Shown here: piece after piece, positions 34,989-45,157 of the stretch
Position numbering within the stretch: position 1 is the first letter of the stretch
Layout: each line of letters opens with the position of its first letter
NCBI GenBank assembly: GCA_963785725.1
Contig: CAWAWS010000017.1
Coordinates: 167,176-231,175 of the forward strand
Reading direction: 5' to 3'
Length of the DNA: 64,000 nucleotides
Origin: an uncultured delta proteobacterium
Lineage (GTDB): Bacteria > Myxococcota_A > Polyangia > Palsa-1104
Position numbers and translations under genes: made by a program
The notes under the pieces: model-generated
The model's input: the letters and a program-made list of their open reading frames with translations, nothing else
Database searches by the model: none
What the model was told of the DNA's origin: nothing

Positions 34989-35915
34989 TCACGACAGCGA
35001 CCGGACGACGTCGACGGCGATGGCGCCGACGGTGCCGATGAGGAGCAGCGCGAAGCTCACGCGCAGCGCCTGGTTCGACACCCGCGCCGTCGTGCGCGCG
35101 CCCAATTGCGAGCCGATGGACGAGCCGGCGAGGATGGCGAGCGCGACGCGCAGGTCGACGTTGCCGCGCAGCGCGTGCTCGAACGTGCCGACGATGACGG
35201 TGGCGAAGAGCAGCAAGATTCCCGTGCCGGCGGCGTCCTTGATCGAAAAGCCGTAGCCGTAGATCAGCACTGGCAGGAGCGCGACACCGCCGCCGATGCC
35301 GAGCAGGCCCGACAAGAGGCCGGTCACGAAGCCCAAATAGGCCATGACGATGACCGACACGCGCGGGATGCCCACCGACGGCAGCGCGATGTACGGCGGC
35401 AGGCGCAGGCGCGTCAGCGGCGCCGACGGCACCGTGGCGCGGCCGTCGTGGGCGCCGGCCGCTGCGCCGGCGTGCGCGGCTTTGCGGACGGCGTTGAGCG
35501 TCATCGACGCCGCGAAGAGCAGCATCGCCGCGTAGACCAGCTCCAGCGTCAACGTCACGATCGGCACCGGATGGCCATGGCGATTGACGAACGTGCCGGC
35601 GTCGGCGAGCAGCGCGAGCGTGCGCGTGCCGGCGTCGACGCCGAAGAGCGAGGCGCCGACCATGACGAAGTCGACGCGCAATTCCCCGTGGCGATATTGG
35701 CGGTGCTTCAAGAACGAGCCGATCGACGTGCCGATCTTTTGACAGAGCGCCGAGCCGACCGCGATGGGCATGGGGATCTTGAAGGCGAGATGGAGCAGCG
35801 GCGTCAAGATGAAGCCGCCGCCGACGCCGAACATGCCGGCGACGAAGCCGATGCCGAGCCCGACGAGCGCCAGCGCCGGCCACGAGACGACGACGTCACC
35901 GACGAGGATGTGCAT
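34989..35915 (-). CDS. TauE/SafE-family permease
   Basis: Duplicated GMFGVGGG / GLLGIGGG motifs. Confidence 0.9.
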   Translation of the reverse strand: MHILVGDVVVSWPALALVGLGIGFVAGMFGVGGGFILTPLLHLAFKIPMPIAVGSALCQKIGTSIGSFLKHRQYRHGELRVDFVMVGASLFGVDAGTRTLALLADAGTFVNRHGHPVPIVTLTLELVYAAMLLFAASMTLNAVRKAAHAGAAAGAHDGRATVPSAPLTRLRLPPYIALPSVGIPRVSVIVMAYLGFVTGLLSGLLGIGGGVALLPVLIYGYGFSIKDAAGTGILLLFATVIVGTFEHALRGNVDLRVALAILAGSSIGSQLGARTTARVSNQALRVSFALLLIGTVGAIAVDVVRSLS

Positions 35916-35917
35916 GT

Positions 35918-36070
35918 TTACAGGTAGTATTCGAGCTCGGGCATGGGCTTCTTGTCGCCGACTTTAGGCGGCCGGCGCTTCTCGATCGCCTGCGTAATCG
36001 CCCACGTGATCAGCCCCCACACGAGCGGCACGACGATACAGGCCGCGAGATAGAGCACGCGGCCCAACAT
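35918..36070 (-). CDS. Small single-TM protein (50 aa)
   Basis: [23 protein letters not shown]...PELEYYL; start overlaps OPT stop, ends 2 nt before tauE start. Confidence 0.7.
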   Translation of the reverse strand: MLGRVLYLAACIVVPLVWGLITWAITQAIEKRRPPKVGDKKPMPELEYYL

Positions 36071-38088
36071 CAGACGTCCTTGGCCTTGGCGTTGCGCATG
36101 AGCAGGAGGCACAAGCCGCCGAACGCCGCGTAGCCGATGACGTCGCCGACGCCGAGGATGCCGAGCGAAGGCAGCTTTTCCCAGTAGCTCTTGCCGAGGT
36201 CGAGCACGCGCGCGATGTTGCCGCCGAAGCCGATGAGCATCGCGATGGCGATGCCGGCGAGCGAGCCGCCGGCGACGAGGCCGGTCGCGTAGAGCATGCC
36301 GGGGCCGACCTCGTCCGACTCCTCTTGCTCGTGGTGCTTGGCGCAGCTGCGAGTCGGCGAGCGCCCGCACGAGGCCGCCGATCCAGATCGGCGCCGTCGT
36401 CGACACCGGCAGGTAGGCGCCGACCGCCCACGACGAGCGCGTGCGCGCCCGCGAGCTGCGCCATGAACGCCAGCGAACACGCCGACGAGCACCGGGCCCC
36501 ACGGCAGCTTCTGCGCGAGCATGCCCTTGATGATGGTCGCCATCAGCGTGCCCTGCGGCGCCGGCATGCGCGCCGAGCCGATGCCGTGCAGCTCGCCCGG
36601 CACCGAGTTGTCGAGCAGGAGCACCGTGCCGCCGATGACGAGCGATCGAGACGACGACGCCGATGAGGAGCCCCATCTGCTGGCGGATGGGCGTGGCGCC
36701 GACGAGGAAGCCGGTCTTCAGGTCCTGCGACGTGGCGCCGGCGTTGGCGGCTGCGATGCAGACGATGGCGCCGACCATGAGCGCCATCGACTGGTAGGCG
36801 TCGCCGGTCCAGGCAGCGCGACGAAGACGAGGCAGGTCGCCATCAGGGTCGCGATGGTCATGCCCGAGATCGGGGTTCGACGACGCGCCGATGATGCCGA
36901 CGATGCGGCTCGACACGGTGACGAAGAAGAAGCCGAAGACGACGATGAGGAGGCCCATGAACGAGCGAGCCCGGGAACGTGCCGGGCAGGTTGGGCAGGA
37001 GCGCGATGATGAGCGACGAGCGCGACGCGCGCCGCCGACGACGAAGGTGAGCGGCAGGTCGCGCTCGGTGCGCTTTTGCGAGCGCCGCGCCGACGCCGCC
37101 GCGCAGGTCGCGCATGGAGTCGCGGAAGCTGGAGACGATGGTCGGCAAGCGACTTGATGAGCGTCATCACGCCGGCGCACGCGACGGCGCCGGCGCCGAT
37201 GTAGCGGATGTACGCGCGGTAGATCTGCTCGGGGATGGCCGTGGTCGGCGATCCAGGCGTCGCCGAAGCCGAGCGCGTGCAGGTCGGCGACGCGCTGCGC
37301 CTCGGGCACGAAGAGCGAGATGAGCGGGATGAGCACGAGCCACGACAAGCACGCCGCCCGAGAACATCTCGGCCGCGATGCTGCGGGCCGATGATGTAGC
37401 CGACGCCGAGGTACTCCGGCGTGATCTCGGCAGTCGAGGACGGCGTTCGGGTAGGCCGACGTCGGCGCCGGTGCGCGAACGACGGGACGTCCTTCCACAG
37501 GCCGAGGACGCTCATGAGGAGCTTGTAGACGATGGCGGTGTAGACGCCGGCGAAGACGCGCTTGGCGAGGTTGCCGCCCTTCTCGCCGACGATGAGCACG
37601 TCGGCGCAGGCGGTGCCTTCGGGGTAGGGCAGGTTGCCGTGCTCCTTGACGATGAGGCTGCGGCGGAGCGGCACCATCAAGAGGACGCCGAGGACGCCGC
37701 CGACCGCGGCGAGCGTCATGATCTGCAGGTAGCGGAAGTACTGCTCGCCGCCGGACGAGAAAGAGCAGCGCCGGCAAGCGTGAAGACGACGCCCGGCGGC
37801 GATCGACTCGCCGGCCGAGCCGATCGTCTGCACGATGTTGTTCTCGAGGATGGTGCTGTTGCCGAGCTTCTTGAAGACGGCGATCGACAGCACCGCGACC
37901 GGGATCGACGCCGAGACGGTGAGGCCCGGCCTTGAGCGCGAGGTAGACCGTGGCGGCGCCGAAGATGATGCGCGAAGACGCGCGCCGAGCGCGACGGCTT
38001 TGAACGTGAACTCGGCCGGCGCTTGATCGGCCGGCACGTAGGGGCGAAACTCCGTCGCTTTCGCTTCGATTTTCGGGTCGGCCGACAT
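36070..38088 (-). CDS. OPT-family oligopeptide transporter, many frameshifts (probably sequence errors)
   Basis: [53 protein letters not shown] spread over three frames. Confidence 0.88.
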
Positions 38089-38177
38089 GCGGTTTCCTCG
38101 CGTAAGTGGGGGCACCCTAGCACGATTGTCGAAGCGTTACGGAGAGTCTGCAGCGCTGTTTCACGACGAGGAGCGTC

Positions 38178-38945
38178 ATGGACGATCGCGAGAACGCACG
38201 GCATTGGGAGGCAAACGCCGAGGAGTGGGTGCGCCTGGTGCGCGCCGGCTATGACCTCGCGCGCGACCACGTGAACAACCCGTCGTTCTTCGCGCTCCTG
38301 CCCGACGTGCGCGGGCTCGATGGGCTCGACGTCGGCTGCGGCGAAGGGCACAACACGCGGCTCGTCGGCGAGCGCGGCGCGCGCATGTTCGCGATCGACG
38401 TCGCCTTCGGCATGGTGCGCGCGGCGGCGGAATTGGGCGGCGCGCATTATGCGCGGGCGAGCGCGCTCGTGCTGCCGTTCGCCGACGCGCGCTTCGACTT
38501 TGCCGTCGCCTTCATGAGCCTCATGGACCTGCCCGAGCGGCCGCGCGCGTTGCAGGAAGTGGCGCGCGTTGTCAAACCGGGCGGCTTCTTGCAGCTGTCG
38601 ATCTTGCATCCCTGCTTCGCGCGGCCGCCGTTCGAGTGGGTCAAAGACGCGCACGGCCACAAGCAGGCGCGTGCCGTCAGCGACTACTTCGTCGAGAGCG
38701 AGGGCGACATCGAGGCGTGGACGTTCACGGCGGCGCACGACGACGGCCTCACGCCGCGGCCGTTCACGGTGCCGCGCTTCGAGGCGACCTTGGCGACGTG
38801 GCTGAACGACGTCGTCACCGCCGGCTGGCGCGTCGAGCGCGTGGCCGAGCCGCGCGCCGACGCGGCGACGGTGGCGCGCTTTCCGCGCCTCGCGTACACC
38901 GCCATCGTGCCGTGGTTCTTGCAGCTGCGGCTGCGCAAGCCGTGA
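38178..38945 (+). CDS. Class I SAM-dependent methyltransferase
   Basis: LDVGCGEG, LPFADARFD, VKPGG, HPCF. Confidence 0.9.
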   Translation: MDDRENARHWEANAEEWVRLVRAGYDLARDHVNNPSFFALLPDVRGLDGLDVGCGEGHNTRLVGERGARMFAIDVAFGMVRAAAELGGAHYARASALVLPFADARFDFAVAFMSLMDLPERPRALQEVARVVKPGGFLQLSILHPCFARPPFEWVKDAHGHKQARAVSDYFVESEGDIEAWTFTAAHDDGLTPRPFTVPRFEATLATWLNDVVTAGWRVERVAEPRADAATVARFPRLAYTAIVPWFLQLRLRKP

Positions 38946-39238
38946 CGCGCGCCGGCCGCGCGGGTGACGAAGCGTCGGTGCGCGCCTTTCTCGCGCGCAG
39001 CGGTGCCGACTGGCGGGTCGCGCGCTGCCCGGCGGCGCTCGTCGAACGGCTACGGGTGCACGATCATCACGTCGTGACCATCGACGGGCGCGCCGGGCTC
39101 CTGCTCGCGTATCACTTGTGGACGCTGTCGACGGCGGAGGCGCGCGTCTTCGTGCTCTTTCACTATGTCGCGGGCCATCCGCGTGCGCCCGCGATCGTGC
39201 AAACGGCGATCGACGAGCTGACCTTCGAGCACGACTGA
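38942..39238 (+). CDS. Hypothetical protein (98 aa)
   Basis: GTGA overlap with upstream stop; plausible composition. Confidence 0.5.
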   Translation: MTRAGRAGDEASVRAFLARSGADWRVARCPAALVERLRVHDHHVVTIDGRAGLLLAYHLWTLSTAEARVFVLFHYVAGHPRAPAIVQTAIDELTFEHD

Positions 39239-39267
39239 GCGCGACGGAGGAGGCGGCGAACGCGTGC

Positions 39268-40233
39268 TTACGGCAGGTTCGGCGTCAGCTGCTCGCGCCA
39301 CAAGTTGCCGTCGCTGCCTTGCACCCAGACGACGCTGTCGTCCCACTCGACCGCCTGGAAGTTGGAGACGTTGCCGTCGACCCAGTCGGAGTTGCCGTCG
39401 GCGACGTTGTGGCGCGTCAGCGTCTCGTCGCGGTGGAGGATGAAGACGCCGTTGCCGAGCTGCGCGCCGGTGCCTTGGAACTGCCACACGTTGGTGTCGA
39501 TGGGCGTCGAGCCGTGGCCGCCGGTCACGTTCGACTCCAGCCACAGCTTGCCGTCGCTGCCGAGCACGTAGGAGTTGCACGTGCCGTGATCGCCCAAGGC
39601 GTCGTTGGCGAAGCAGCCGGGCTGTGCCAAGAGCGCGTTGCCGTCGACGTACGAGCGCCCCCACGGATAGCCGGGGCCGGTCGTGCCTTCGTCCCACAAG
39701 TTGCCGTCGGTGCCGATGACCATGACGTTGTTGTACCCGTCGGGGAAGAACGAGCGCACGTTGGTGTCGAGGCGAAGGCCGGGAAGCCCGCTCGAGTACA
39801 AGTAGCCGTCGCTGCCGATGTAGAAGACGCTGCCGTCGGCGGGGCTGTTCTTGGCGCGCTGCGTGCCGTAGGCGATGACGCCCGTCGCCACGCCGGTGAC
39901 CGCGCGGCCGAGCGACCACGGGTAGAGGTTGCCCGAGAAGTCGCGGATCCAGATCGTCGACGAATCCTCGGAGACGCCGAACCACAGGACGTTGGTCTGC
40001 ACGATCTGCCAGCTGTTGCCGTCGCCGTACCAGAGCGCGCGGGCGCTGTTGAGGATGTAGACGTGCGTGGCGTCCTCGGCCTGCCACTGCAGAATGTCGA
40101 TGCCGGGCATCATCTGCTGGCGCGTCGAGTAGGCGGCGCTGGTGCTGTCGATGGGTGCCGCTTGGCCTTGGCATGCCGACAAAGCGAGCGCCGATGTGAT
40201 CATGATCGCGTGGAACGAGCCGTTGAAGTTCAT
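39268..40233 (-). CDS. Lipoprotein with beta-propeller repeats (lectin-like)
   Basis: Lipobox LSAC; repeated GSDG(N/K/Y)L(W/Y) and (I/V/L)D(T/G)NV motifs. Confidence 0.75.
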   Translation of the reverse strand: MNFNGSFHAIMITSALALSACQGQAAPIDSTSAAYSTRQQMMPGIDILQWQAEDATHVYILNSARALWYGDGNSWQIVQTNVLWFGVSEDSSTIWIRDFSGNLYPWSLGRAVTGVATGVIAYGTQRAKNSPADGSVFYIGSDGYLYSSGLPGLRLDTNVRSFFPDGYNNVMVIGTDGNLWDEGTTGPGYPWGRSYVDGNALLAQPGCFANDALGDHGTCNSYVLGSDGKLWLESNVTGGHGSTPIDTNVWQFQGTGAQLGNGVFILHRDETLTRHNVADGNSDWVDGNVSNFQAVEWDDSVVWVQGSDGNLWREQLTPNLP

Positions 40234-40356
40234 CCGTCCTCCGTGGCGCGCGCGGCGCCTTTTGTCAGTGAGGAGGCGGAGACGGCAATGTCGCGCGGCG
40301 AGGCGGTGACTTTCCAAACGATCGACCGTCGAGGCGCGATTCGTGATCGGGCGCGG

Positions 40357-40674
40357 CTAGCGATTGGGGCCGACCGGGCGGATCGGCGGCGGCGCGCTCA
40401 GCGACGGCGAACGGCTGATGCTGCGCGGCACTTCGTGCGGACCGATGGCGCCGCCGGCGCCGCCGCCGGCACAGCGCGCGCGACAGGCGCGCAGCGCGGC
40501 GTCGTCGGTTTGGCCGGCGACGATTTGTGACTGCTCGCACTCGTCGCGGCAGTCGTCGATCTGCTTTTGCGTGCGCGGCTTGGCGGCGGTCGCCGCGGCG
40601 GCCGGCGGCGCCTTCGTGACCTCTTCGTCTTCGCAGCCGAGCAGCAACAAGGCGACGATGGCGAGCGCGCGCAT
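40357..40674 (-). CDS. Small lipoprotein with twin CX3C motif
   Basis: MRALAIVALLLLGC lipobox; CRDEC...CRARC; start overlaps permease stop. Confidence 0.72.
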   Translation of the reverse strand: MRALAIVALLLLGCEDEEVTKAPPAAAATAAKPRTQKQIDDCRDECEQSQIVAGQTDDAALRACRARCAGGGAGGAIGPHEVPRSISRSPSLSAPPPIRPVGPNR

Positions 40675-42080
40675 CAGGAAGCCTGCGCCTGGCCGCGGCG
40701 AAACAGCGCATACGCCGGCAAGCCGAGGATGACGATGCCGATGCCGATGAGCGACGGAAGGCGCGCGCCGGCGAAGATGTAGACGATGAAGAACAGCGCG
40801 CCGCCGAGGTACAAGGCCGGCGTCACCGGATAGCCCCACGTGCGATAGGGACGCGGTAAATCGGGCCGCTTCTTGCGCAGCACGAACAGCGCCGCCACCG
40901 TCAGCGCGTTGAACGACAGCGACGCGAACGTCACGTACGTCAGAAGATCGCTGTAGCGACCCGAGAGCGCGAGCACGGCCGACCAGATGCCTTGCATGAC
41001 GAGCGCGTTGGCGGGCGTGTGATGCGTCGGATGCACGCGGCCGGCGGAGCGAAAGAAGAGGCCGTCGCGCGCCATCGCGAAGAGGACGCGGCCGCCGCCG
41101 AGGATGAGGCCGTTGACGCAGCCGAACGTGGAAATGAGGATGGCGATGGAGACGGCGGTGACGCCGGGCCGGCCGAGCAGGATGTTGGCGACGTCGGCGG
41201 CGACGCGGTTCTCGACGACGCGGCCCATGACCGGCAGCGGCAGGATGTACAGATAGACGGCGGCGCCGCCGACGTAGACGAGCGTCGTCACCAAGCTGCC
41301 GGCGACGAGCGCGCGCGGCAGGTTGCGCTGCGGCTCGCGGATCTCCTCGGCGGCGAAGGTGACGGTGTTCCAGGCGTCGTAGGCGAACAGCGCCTTCGAC
41401 ATGGCGGCGCCGGCGGCGGCCAGGAACGTCAGCTGCAGCGCCATCGGGCCCACGTCGTGACCGACGAGCGGGCGGAAATGCGTGAACGAGCCCTTGCCGC
41501 TGGTAAAGCCGATGATGACGAGCAGCGCGATGGCGCCGACTTTCAACACCGTGAACAGGTTCTGCACGAAGGCGCCGGACTCGACGCCGCGGCAGTTGAT
41601 CCACGTCAAGACCGCGATGACGACGAGCGCCACCAGCTGCGCCCGCGAAATGGCGAAGCCGCCGACGGCGAAGACGATGTCCGCCTCGCCGACGGGCAGG
41701 CCGATGCCGCCCAAGAACTTGGCGAACGCGATGGAGACGGCGGCGTTGAACCCGGTCTGAATGACCAAAAGCACGGTCCAGCCGTACAAAAAGCCGACGA
41801 GCGGGCCGAACGCCTCGCGCAGGAACACATACTGCCCGCCGGCTTTGGGCAGCATCGCGCACAACTCGCCGTAGGCCAGCGCGCCCAGCAGCGTCAGCGC
41901 GCCACCGACGAGCCACAAGCCCAAGTAGACGCCGGGCGTGGCCACGAGGCCGGCCATGATCGACGGCGCCAGGAAGATCCCCGAGCCGATCATCGAGCCG
42001 ACGATGAGCGTCGTCGCCGAGAACACCCCCAAGCGCCGCTCGAGCGTCCCCGTCGCCGCTGTTTCCGTCTGTTGCGCCAT
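40674..42080 (-). CDS. APC-family amino acid permease (LAT-like)
   Basis: GSMIGSGIF, ELCAMLPKAGGQY, FAYDAW, EEIREPQRNLP. Confidence 0.93.
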   Translation of the reverse strand: MAQQTETAATGTLERRLGVFSATTLIVGSMIGSGIFLAPSIMAGLVATPGVYLGLWLVGGALTLLGALAYGELCAMLPKAGGQYVFLREAFGPLVGFLYGWTVLLVIQTGFNAAVSIAFAKFLGGIGLPVGEADIVFAVGGFAISRAQLVALVVIAVLTWINCRGVESGAFVQNLFTVLKVGAIALLVIIGFTSGKGSFTHFRPLVGHDVGPMALQLTFLAAAGAAMSKALFAYDAWNTVTFAAEEIREPQRNLPRALVAGSLVTTLVYVGGAAVYLYILPLPVMGRVVENRVAADVANILLGRPGVTAVSIAILISTFGCVNGLILGGGRVLFAMARDGLFFRSAGRVHPTHHTPANALVMQGIWSAVLALSGRYSDLLTYVTFASLSFNALTVAALFVLRKKRPDLPRPYRTWGYPVTPALYLGGALFFIVYIFAGARLPSLIGIGIVILGLPAYALFRRGQAQAS

Positions 42081-42140
42081 TGGCGGCATCTTCGTACGAG
42101 TTGAGCGCGCCGAGGCGACAAAACGTGTTAGCGAATGCGC

Positions 42141-43607
42141 ATGGGGATGATGGACCAGCTGTTGCGCCGCAAGGGCGTGGAAGACGTGCAGTCGGACGCC
42201 GAGGCGCCCGAGAATCGGCTGAAGCGCACGCTCGGCCCGCTCGATCTGACGGCGCTCGGCATCGGCGCCGTCATCGGCGCCGGCATCTTCTCGGCCACGG
42301 GCTCGGCGGCCGCCGGCGGAATGGGCCACACCGGCGCCGGCCCGGCGCTCATCGTGTCGTACGTCATCACCGCCGTCGCCTGCGGCTTTGCCGCGCTGTG
42401 CTACGCCGAGCTGGCCTCGATGATCCCCATCGCCGGCAGCGCCTACACCTACTCTTACGTGACCTTGGGCGAGCTGTTCGCCTGGATCATCGGCTGGGAT
42501 CTCATCCTCGAATACGCCGTCGGCAACATCGCCGTCGCCGTCAGCTGGTCCGGCTATTTCCAGGATTTCTTGGGCGGCTTCGGCGTCCGCATGCCGTCCT
42601 GGCTGTGCACGACGATCAACCACGCGCACGACACGCCCGGCCTGCTCGAGCACGCGCCGCATGTCTTCGGCATTCCCATCGTCTGCAATCTGCCGGCGTT
42701 CCTCATCGTCTTCTTGCTGACGATCATCCTCATCGTCGGCGTCAAGGAGTCGGCGCGGCTCAACTCGATCATCGTGGTCCTCAAGATCGTGCTCGTGCTC
42801 GCCTTCATCGCCATCGGCGCCTTTTGGGTGCATCCCGAGAATTGGCAGCCGTTCGCGCCGCACGGCTTTCGCGGCATCATGTCGGGCGCGTCGACGATCT
42901 TCTTCGCCTACATCGGCTTCGACGCCATCTCGACCACCGCCGAGGAGGCCAAGAATCCGCAGCGCGATCTGCCGATCGGCATGATGGCGTCGCTGGCCGT
43001 GTGCACGCTCTTGTACATCGCGGTGACGGTGGTGTTGACGGGCATGGTGCCGTTCGCCGAGCTGGGCGTGCCCGATCCGCTGGCGCTGGCGCTGCAAAAG
43101 GCCGGGCTGATGAAGCTGGCCGGCTTCTTCTCGTTCGGCGCCGTGATCGCGATGACGGCGGTGCTGCTGGTGTTCCAAATGGGGCAGCCGCGCATCTTCA
43201 TGTCGATGGCGCGCGATGGCCTCTTGCCGGCGTTCGCGGCCAAAGTGCACCCGCGCTTCCGCACGCCGTATGTCACGACGATCATCACCGGCGTCTTCGT
43301 CGGCGTGCCCGCGATGTTCGTCGACATCAACGACGCCATCGAGTTCACCAACATCGGCACCTTGTTCGCGTTCGCGCTCGTGTCCGGCGGCGTCATCGCG
43401 CTGCGCTACCTCGAGCCGGAACGGCCGCGTCCCTTCCGCGCGCCGCTGGTGCCGCTCATCCCGATCCTCTCGATCATCTGCTGCGTGGCGCTGATGCTGC
43501 CGCTGCCCAGGATCACCTGGTACCGCTTCGTCGGCTGGCTGGCGATCGGCCTCGTGATCTACTTCAGTTACGGCATTCGTCGCAGCAAGCTGCAGCAGCG
43601 CCAGTGA
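42141..43607 (+). CDS. APC-family amino acid permease (CAT-like)
   Basis: GAVIGAGIF, CYAELAS, GSAYTYSY, FFAYIGFD, EEAKNPQRD, NIGTL. Confidence 0.94.
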   Translation: MGMMDQLLRRKGVEDVQSDAEAPENRLKRTLGPLDLTALGIGAVIGAGIFSATGSAAAGGMGHTGAGPALIVSYVITAVACGFAALCYAELASMIPIAGSAYTYSYVTLGELFAWIIGWDLILEYAVGNIAVAVSWSGYFQDFLGGFGVRMPSWLCTTINHAHDTPGLLEHAPHVFGIPIVCNLPAFLIVFLLTIILIVGVKESARLNSIIVVLKIVLVLAFIAIGAFWVHPENWQPFAPHGFRGIMSGASTIFFAYIGFDAISTTAEEAKNPQRDLPIGMMASLAVCTLLYIAVTVVLTGMVPFAELGVPDPLALALQKAGLMKLAGFFSFGAVIAMTAVLLVFQMGQPRIFMSMARDGLLPAFAAKVHPRFRTPYVTTIITGVFVGVPAMFVDINDAIEFTNIGTLFAFALVSGGVIALRYLEPERPRPFRAPLVPLIPILSIICCVALMLPLPRITWYRFVGWLAIGLVIYFSYGIRRSKLQQRQ

Positions 43608-43627
43608 CATTCGCGGTTGCGCTTCCG

Positions 43628-43647
43628 TCTATCTACCTGTAGATAGA
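43628..43647. promoter_or_regulatory. Putative TetR operator 1
   Basis: Perfect palindrome TCTATCTA-cctg-TAGATAGA 4 nt before the TetR start. Confidence 0.75.
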
Positions 43648-43651
43648 GAGC

Positions 43652-44221
43652 GTGGACGCCAGCACGCGCGAGCACATCCTCGACGTCGCCCAGGAGCTGG
43701 CGCAGGCGCGCGGCTTCCACGCCTTCAGCTACCGCGACATCGCCGTCAAAGTCGGCATCCGCGCGCCTTCGATTCACTACTATTTCCCGTCGAAGGACGA
43801 CCTGGGCGTGGCCTTGATCGACCGCTATCGCGAGCGCTTCGGCCGCGAGCGCGCGCTCGTCGTCAAGGCGGGCTCGGCGAAGAAGCGGCTCGAGCGTTAC
43901 GCGCAGCTGTTCAAGCAGACGCTGCTCGACGGCGGCAAGATGTGTCTCTGCGGCATGTTGGCGGCCGAGATCAGCTCGCTGCCGAAGCCGATGCAGGTGG
44001 GCGTGCAAGGCTTCTTCGCCGAGAACGAGGCCTGGCTGGCCGCGCTCCTCGAGCTCGGCAAGGTCGACCAGAGCCTAAAGGCGGTGACCGGCGGCTACGC
44101 GCGCCACGCCGCGAGCGTGCTGGCGACGCTGGAAGGCGCGCTGTTGGCGGCGCGCGTCGCCAAGGACCCGAGCAAGTTCGACGACACGGTGGCGATCCTC
44201 GTCCATAGCCTGGCCGCGTGA
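43652..44221 (+). CDS. TetR/AcrR (NemR-like) transcriptional regulator
   Basis: HTH GFHAFSYRDIA...IHYYFPSKDDL; CLCG motif. Confidence 0.93.
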   Translation: MDASTREHILDVAQELAQARGFHAFSYRDIAVKVGIRAPSIHYYFPSKDDLGVALIDRYRERFGRERALVVKAGSAKKRLERYAQLFKQTLLDGGKMCLCGMLAAEISSLPKPMQVGVQGFFAENEAWLAALLELGKVDQSLKAVTGGYARHAASVLATLEGALLAARVAKDPSKFDDTVAILVHSLAA

Positions 44222-44257
44222 GACCGGCTCGGGCGGCGCCTTTTTTTGGGCGTAAAT

Positions 44258-44277
44258 TCTAGCTATAGATAGGTAGG
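44258..44277. promoter_or_regulatory. Putative TetR operator 2
   Basis: TCTAGCTA-taga-TAGGTAGG, same geometry as operator 1, just before the SDR start. Confidence 0.65.
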
Positions 44278-44282
44278 TAAGC

Positions 44283-45050
44283 ATGAGCTTCCAAGGTCAG
44301 AAGGCAGTGATCGTCGGCGGGACGAGCGGCATCGGGCGCGCGGTGGCGGAGCGCCTCCTGCGCGCCGGCGCGGTGGTCGAGATCATCGGCCGGCAGCCGG
44401 CCAAGCTGGACGCGATCGTGCGCGAGCTGCGTTCGCTGGGCGCGGTGAGCGGGCAGGCGCTCGACCTGACCGATCGCGCCGAGGTGCGCCGTTGGCTGGC
44501 CGAGTCGGCCGCGGCGGCGACGGGCGAGCTGTTGGTCAATGCGGCGGGCGTGTTCTTCCCGAAGCCGTTCCTCGCGCATGACGAAGCGGACTACGATCGT
44601 TATCTCGAGCTCAATCGCGGCACCTTCTTCGTCACGCAGCGGTTCGCGGCCGATCTGACGCGGCGGAAGCAGCCGGGCGCCATCGTCAACATCGGCTCGA
44701 TGTGGGCCAAGCAGGCGATCGCCGCCACGCCGTCGTCGGCCTATTCGATGGCGAAAGCGGGGCTGCATTCGCTGACGCAGCAGCTGGCGATGGAGCTGGC
44801 GAGCGCGCGCATTCGCGTCAACGCCGTGTCGCCGGCGGTCGTCGAGACGCCGATCTACGAAGGCTTCATCGCCAAGCAGGACGTGCACGCGACGCTGCAG
44901 GGGTTCAACGCGTTCCATCCCATCGGGCGCGTCGGCACGGCTGCCGACGTCGCCGACGCGGTCGTGTTCTTGTTGTCGGACGCGGCGAGCTGGGTGACGG
45001 GCGCGGTGTGGGACGTCGACGGCGGCGTCATGGCCGGCCGCAATCAGTAG
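44283..45050 (+). CDS. SDR-family NAD(P)-dependent oxidoreductase
   Basis: GGTSGIG, VNAAG, YSMAK, VNAVSP, VDGG. Confidence 0.95.
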   Translation: MSFQGQKAVIVGGTSGIGRAVAERLLRAGAVVEIIGRQPAKLDAIVRELRSLGAVSGQALDLTDRAEVRRWLAESAAAATGELLVNAAGVFFPKPFLAHDEADYDRYLELNRGTFFVTQRFAADLTRRKQPGAIVNIGSMWAKQAIAATPSSAYSMAKAGLHSLTQQLAMELASARIRVNAVSPAVVETPIYEGFIAKQDVHATLQGFNAFHPIGRVGTAADVADAVVFLLSDAASWVTGAVWDVDGGVMAGRNQ

Positions 45051-45157
45051 CCGCGCGCCACTTCACGCGCAGGCGGGCGTGGGCGGCGATGCGGCGATCG
45101 ATCGGGGCCGGTTGCGAGCGCGTTCGCGAGGACGGAAACGGAAGGCGACGGGCGCGC

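Noticed and set aside
44222..44247. Intrinsic terminator after tetR
   Set aside because: T7 tract is present but the preceding stem is too short to support confidently
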